From Octopus bimaculoides (lineage: Eukaryota): a DNA stretch of 64,000 nucleotides. The notes beneath the pieces are model-generated. The model was not told the origin of the DNA and ran no database searches. It was given only the letters and a program-made list of their open reading frames with translations. Location: positions 46,863,376 to 46,927,375 of the forward strand of contig NC_068998.1 in the NCBI RefSeq assembly GCF_001194135.2, given 5' to 3'. Shown here piece by piece: positions 62,204-64,000 of the stretch. Each line of letters starts with the position of its first letter. Within the stretch, counting starts at the first letter, position 1. The position numbers and the translations under genes were made by a program.

Positions 62204-62615
62204 TAATTACTCAGGGTAGGCAGTTGGTGTCGTTTATGTAGTAAAACACTCAAAGAAATAAGCGAAATACAGGCGCACGACTGAGTTGGAGACAGATTTA
62301 CTTCTGCCTTTATAACGCGTAAAGAAAACATTTTTGTAGGAATGCACGCAGCACGTATATTACAGCAGTTTTATGCGTAGCTTTAACACAAAGGTTGAAA
62401 AGCAACGGTGAATTATGCGTATCTAATCTACAAAAGAATAAAATATTTTGTATTTTATGCGTAGTAATTAGAGTAACCTTCATAATTTTATTGAATTAGA
62501 TGCATATTTTGCCATGAAAGGAACATATTACAAGCGATCTATGCCTACCATGCCTACCCAGCCGGTACGTTCCTGATACATACATACATACATACATACA
62601 TACATACGTACATAT

Positions 62616-62646
<31 letters not shown>

Positions 62647-62997
62647 CATACATATGTGTTTGTGTGTGTTTGTAAGTATGTGTTTGGATCATGTGCGCAA
62701 CGACAGAACGTAATGCGAATGAAATATTATAATAAATAACGCATATTTTATAACGATGACGTCATCATCGTTGTTTTCGTGCCAATGGTGATAGAGTATT
62801 GATAATGGGTGATCTCACTTCTCTTACCTAAGCTATAAAATATTATTTTTGCTTCTACCGTCTCTCCTCTCCAATATTATAAAATATATTCGTAAAATAT
62901 ATTCGTGTTTCTGAATATTTTTGTGTTTCTGAGTTTGTCTGTCTTTTTCCAATGTTTTCTTACGAAAATATCAAATATTTTTCTTGCTTTATTTTTG

Positions 62998-63468
62998 ATC
63001 TTTTATGTATTTTGGTCATTGCACTCTGGCCATGCTGGGGCACCGATTTTGAAGGGCTGCATTCCAACATATCGAATGGTGCTTATTTCTCTTCTTTTTT
63101 TTTTTGTAAGCCTGGTACTTATTCTATCAGTTGTCTTTTACCGAACAGCTAGTTTGCGGGGATGTGAACAAACCAACACTGGTTGTCAAGCGGCGGTGGA
63201 GACGGACAAACACAACACAAACACCACAGAAACACAGCATGCACACATACAAACATACATACATACATGAATACATAATGCATGTGTGTGCGCGCGCCCG
63301 TGTGTATGATAGGCTTCTACACAGTTTCCCTCTATGAAATCTACTCACACGGCTTAGGTCAGGCCAGATCTATTGTAGACACTTGCCCAAGGAAGTGCGC
63401 AGTGGGACTGATCCGAAGATCTCATTGTTGGAAAACAAGTGTCTTAATTACACAGCCATGCCTGCGCC
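62998..63468 (-). mobile_element. SINE family A, full-length including head
   Basis: Head on the minus strand ggcgcaggcatggctgtgt; left arm; (CA)/(TACA) spacer; right arm. Confidence 0.88.
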
Positions 63469-64000
63469 AATGTTGTTACTATCGTTGTTTCGGCCTAATA
63501 TTCTAACGTCCCCGAGTTTCATTTGTTAGTATTTATGAATTGATTTATGAATTAAATAAAGAATTAAATCATTGTCCGAAATACTGTACTGAGGAAGAAA
63601 ATAGCGAATACAAAGAAAATCGAAATACGTTCTACTTAGATTTTATATTACCCCCATTTACATATCGGTGCTTTAGTGGGTACTTCTGTTAATAAGAGCA
63701 TGAAGAGATTAATTACGAATATTTGATTGATCTTTGGCTTTGATATTTCATACTAAATTACTGTTCAAGTGTTCAAAAATTACAGTAGGTATTTGTTTGC
63801 TCGTAATCTGGTACTGTCTAAAAGTCAACACCTAATGACACAAAATATATTCTCCGAAAACTATATACGTGTTGCTAGTTTTATGGTTAACATTGTATGT
63901 AATGTTCTAAATGTATAATTACGCTGACGAAACCGGCCGTTAAAAATGTACAGTTATACCTATAAATCAATAACGCTTTGATTAAGGAATTTTCCCAGGC

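Noticed and set aside
63586-63635. CTGAGGA-A...GAAATACG hammerhead-like motif (also ctgacgaa at about 63925, ctgatgag at 7262, ctgatgaa at 45752)
   Set aside because: Helix II and/or helix III cannot form, or GAAA is missing; indistinguishable from chance.

Overview
AT-rich, repeat-dominated eukaryotic DNA with about 8.3 kb (about 13%) of N gaps, most of which abut a microsatellite. The repeat landscape (very dense (CA)n/(TA)n/(GATA)n/(ATT)n/(TACA)n tracts plus several tRNA-headed SINE families) looks like an octopus genome. That is an inference from recalled repeat patterns, not a database result. I can support no complete protein-coding gene. Most long ORFs in the track are microsatellite or N-gap artefacts, and only weak single-exon candidates remain (best: 8775-8846). 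Recognisable content: (1) about 30 copies of four SINE families, labelled A, B, C and E here, plus an unclassified family D; (2) a CR1/L2-like RT fragment (31518-31922, -) and an RTE-like 3' end (6900-7135, -); (3) a mariner MITE that keeps the last transposase codons (51228-51486); (4) decayed Penelope-like (PLE) RT (50070-50620) and thumb/GIY-YIG (45770-46360) remnants that the ORF track misses. The most interesting signal is a roughly 300-bp + strand cluster at 52144-52438: two long hairpins followed by two different hammerhead-ribozyme motifs whose predicted cleavage sites are 147 nt apart, co-oriented with the PLE remnants. Other notable items are a TA-flanked 2.3-kb foldback-like element with 100% identical 104-bp inverted termini and an asymmetric 14-bp array (17050-19344), a 77-nt hairpin overlapping a consensus splice donor (28409-28485), and a dense nuclear-receptor/AP-1 motif cluster (30504-30601).
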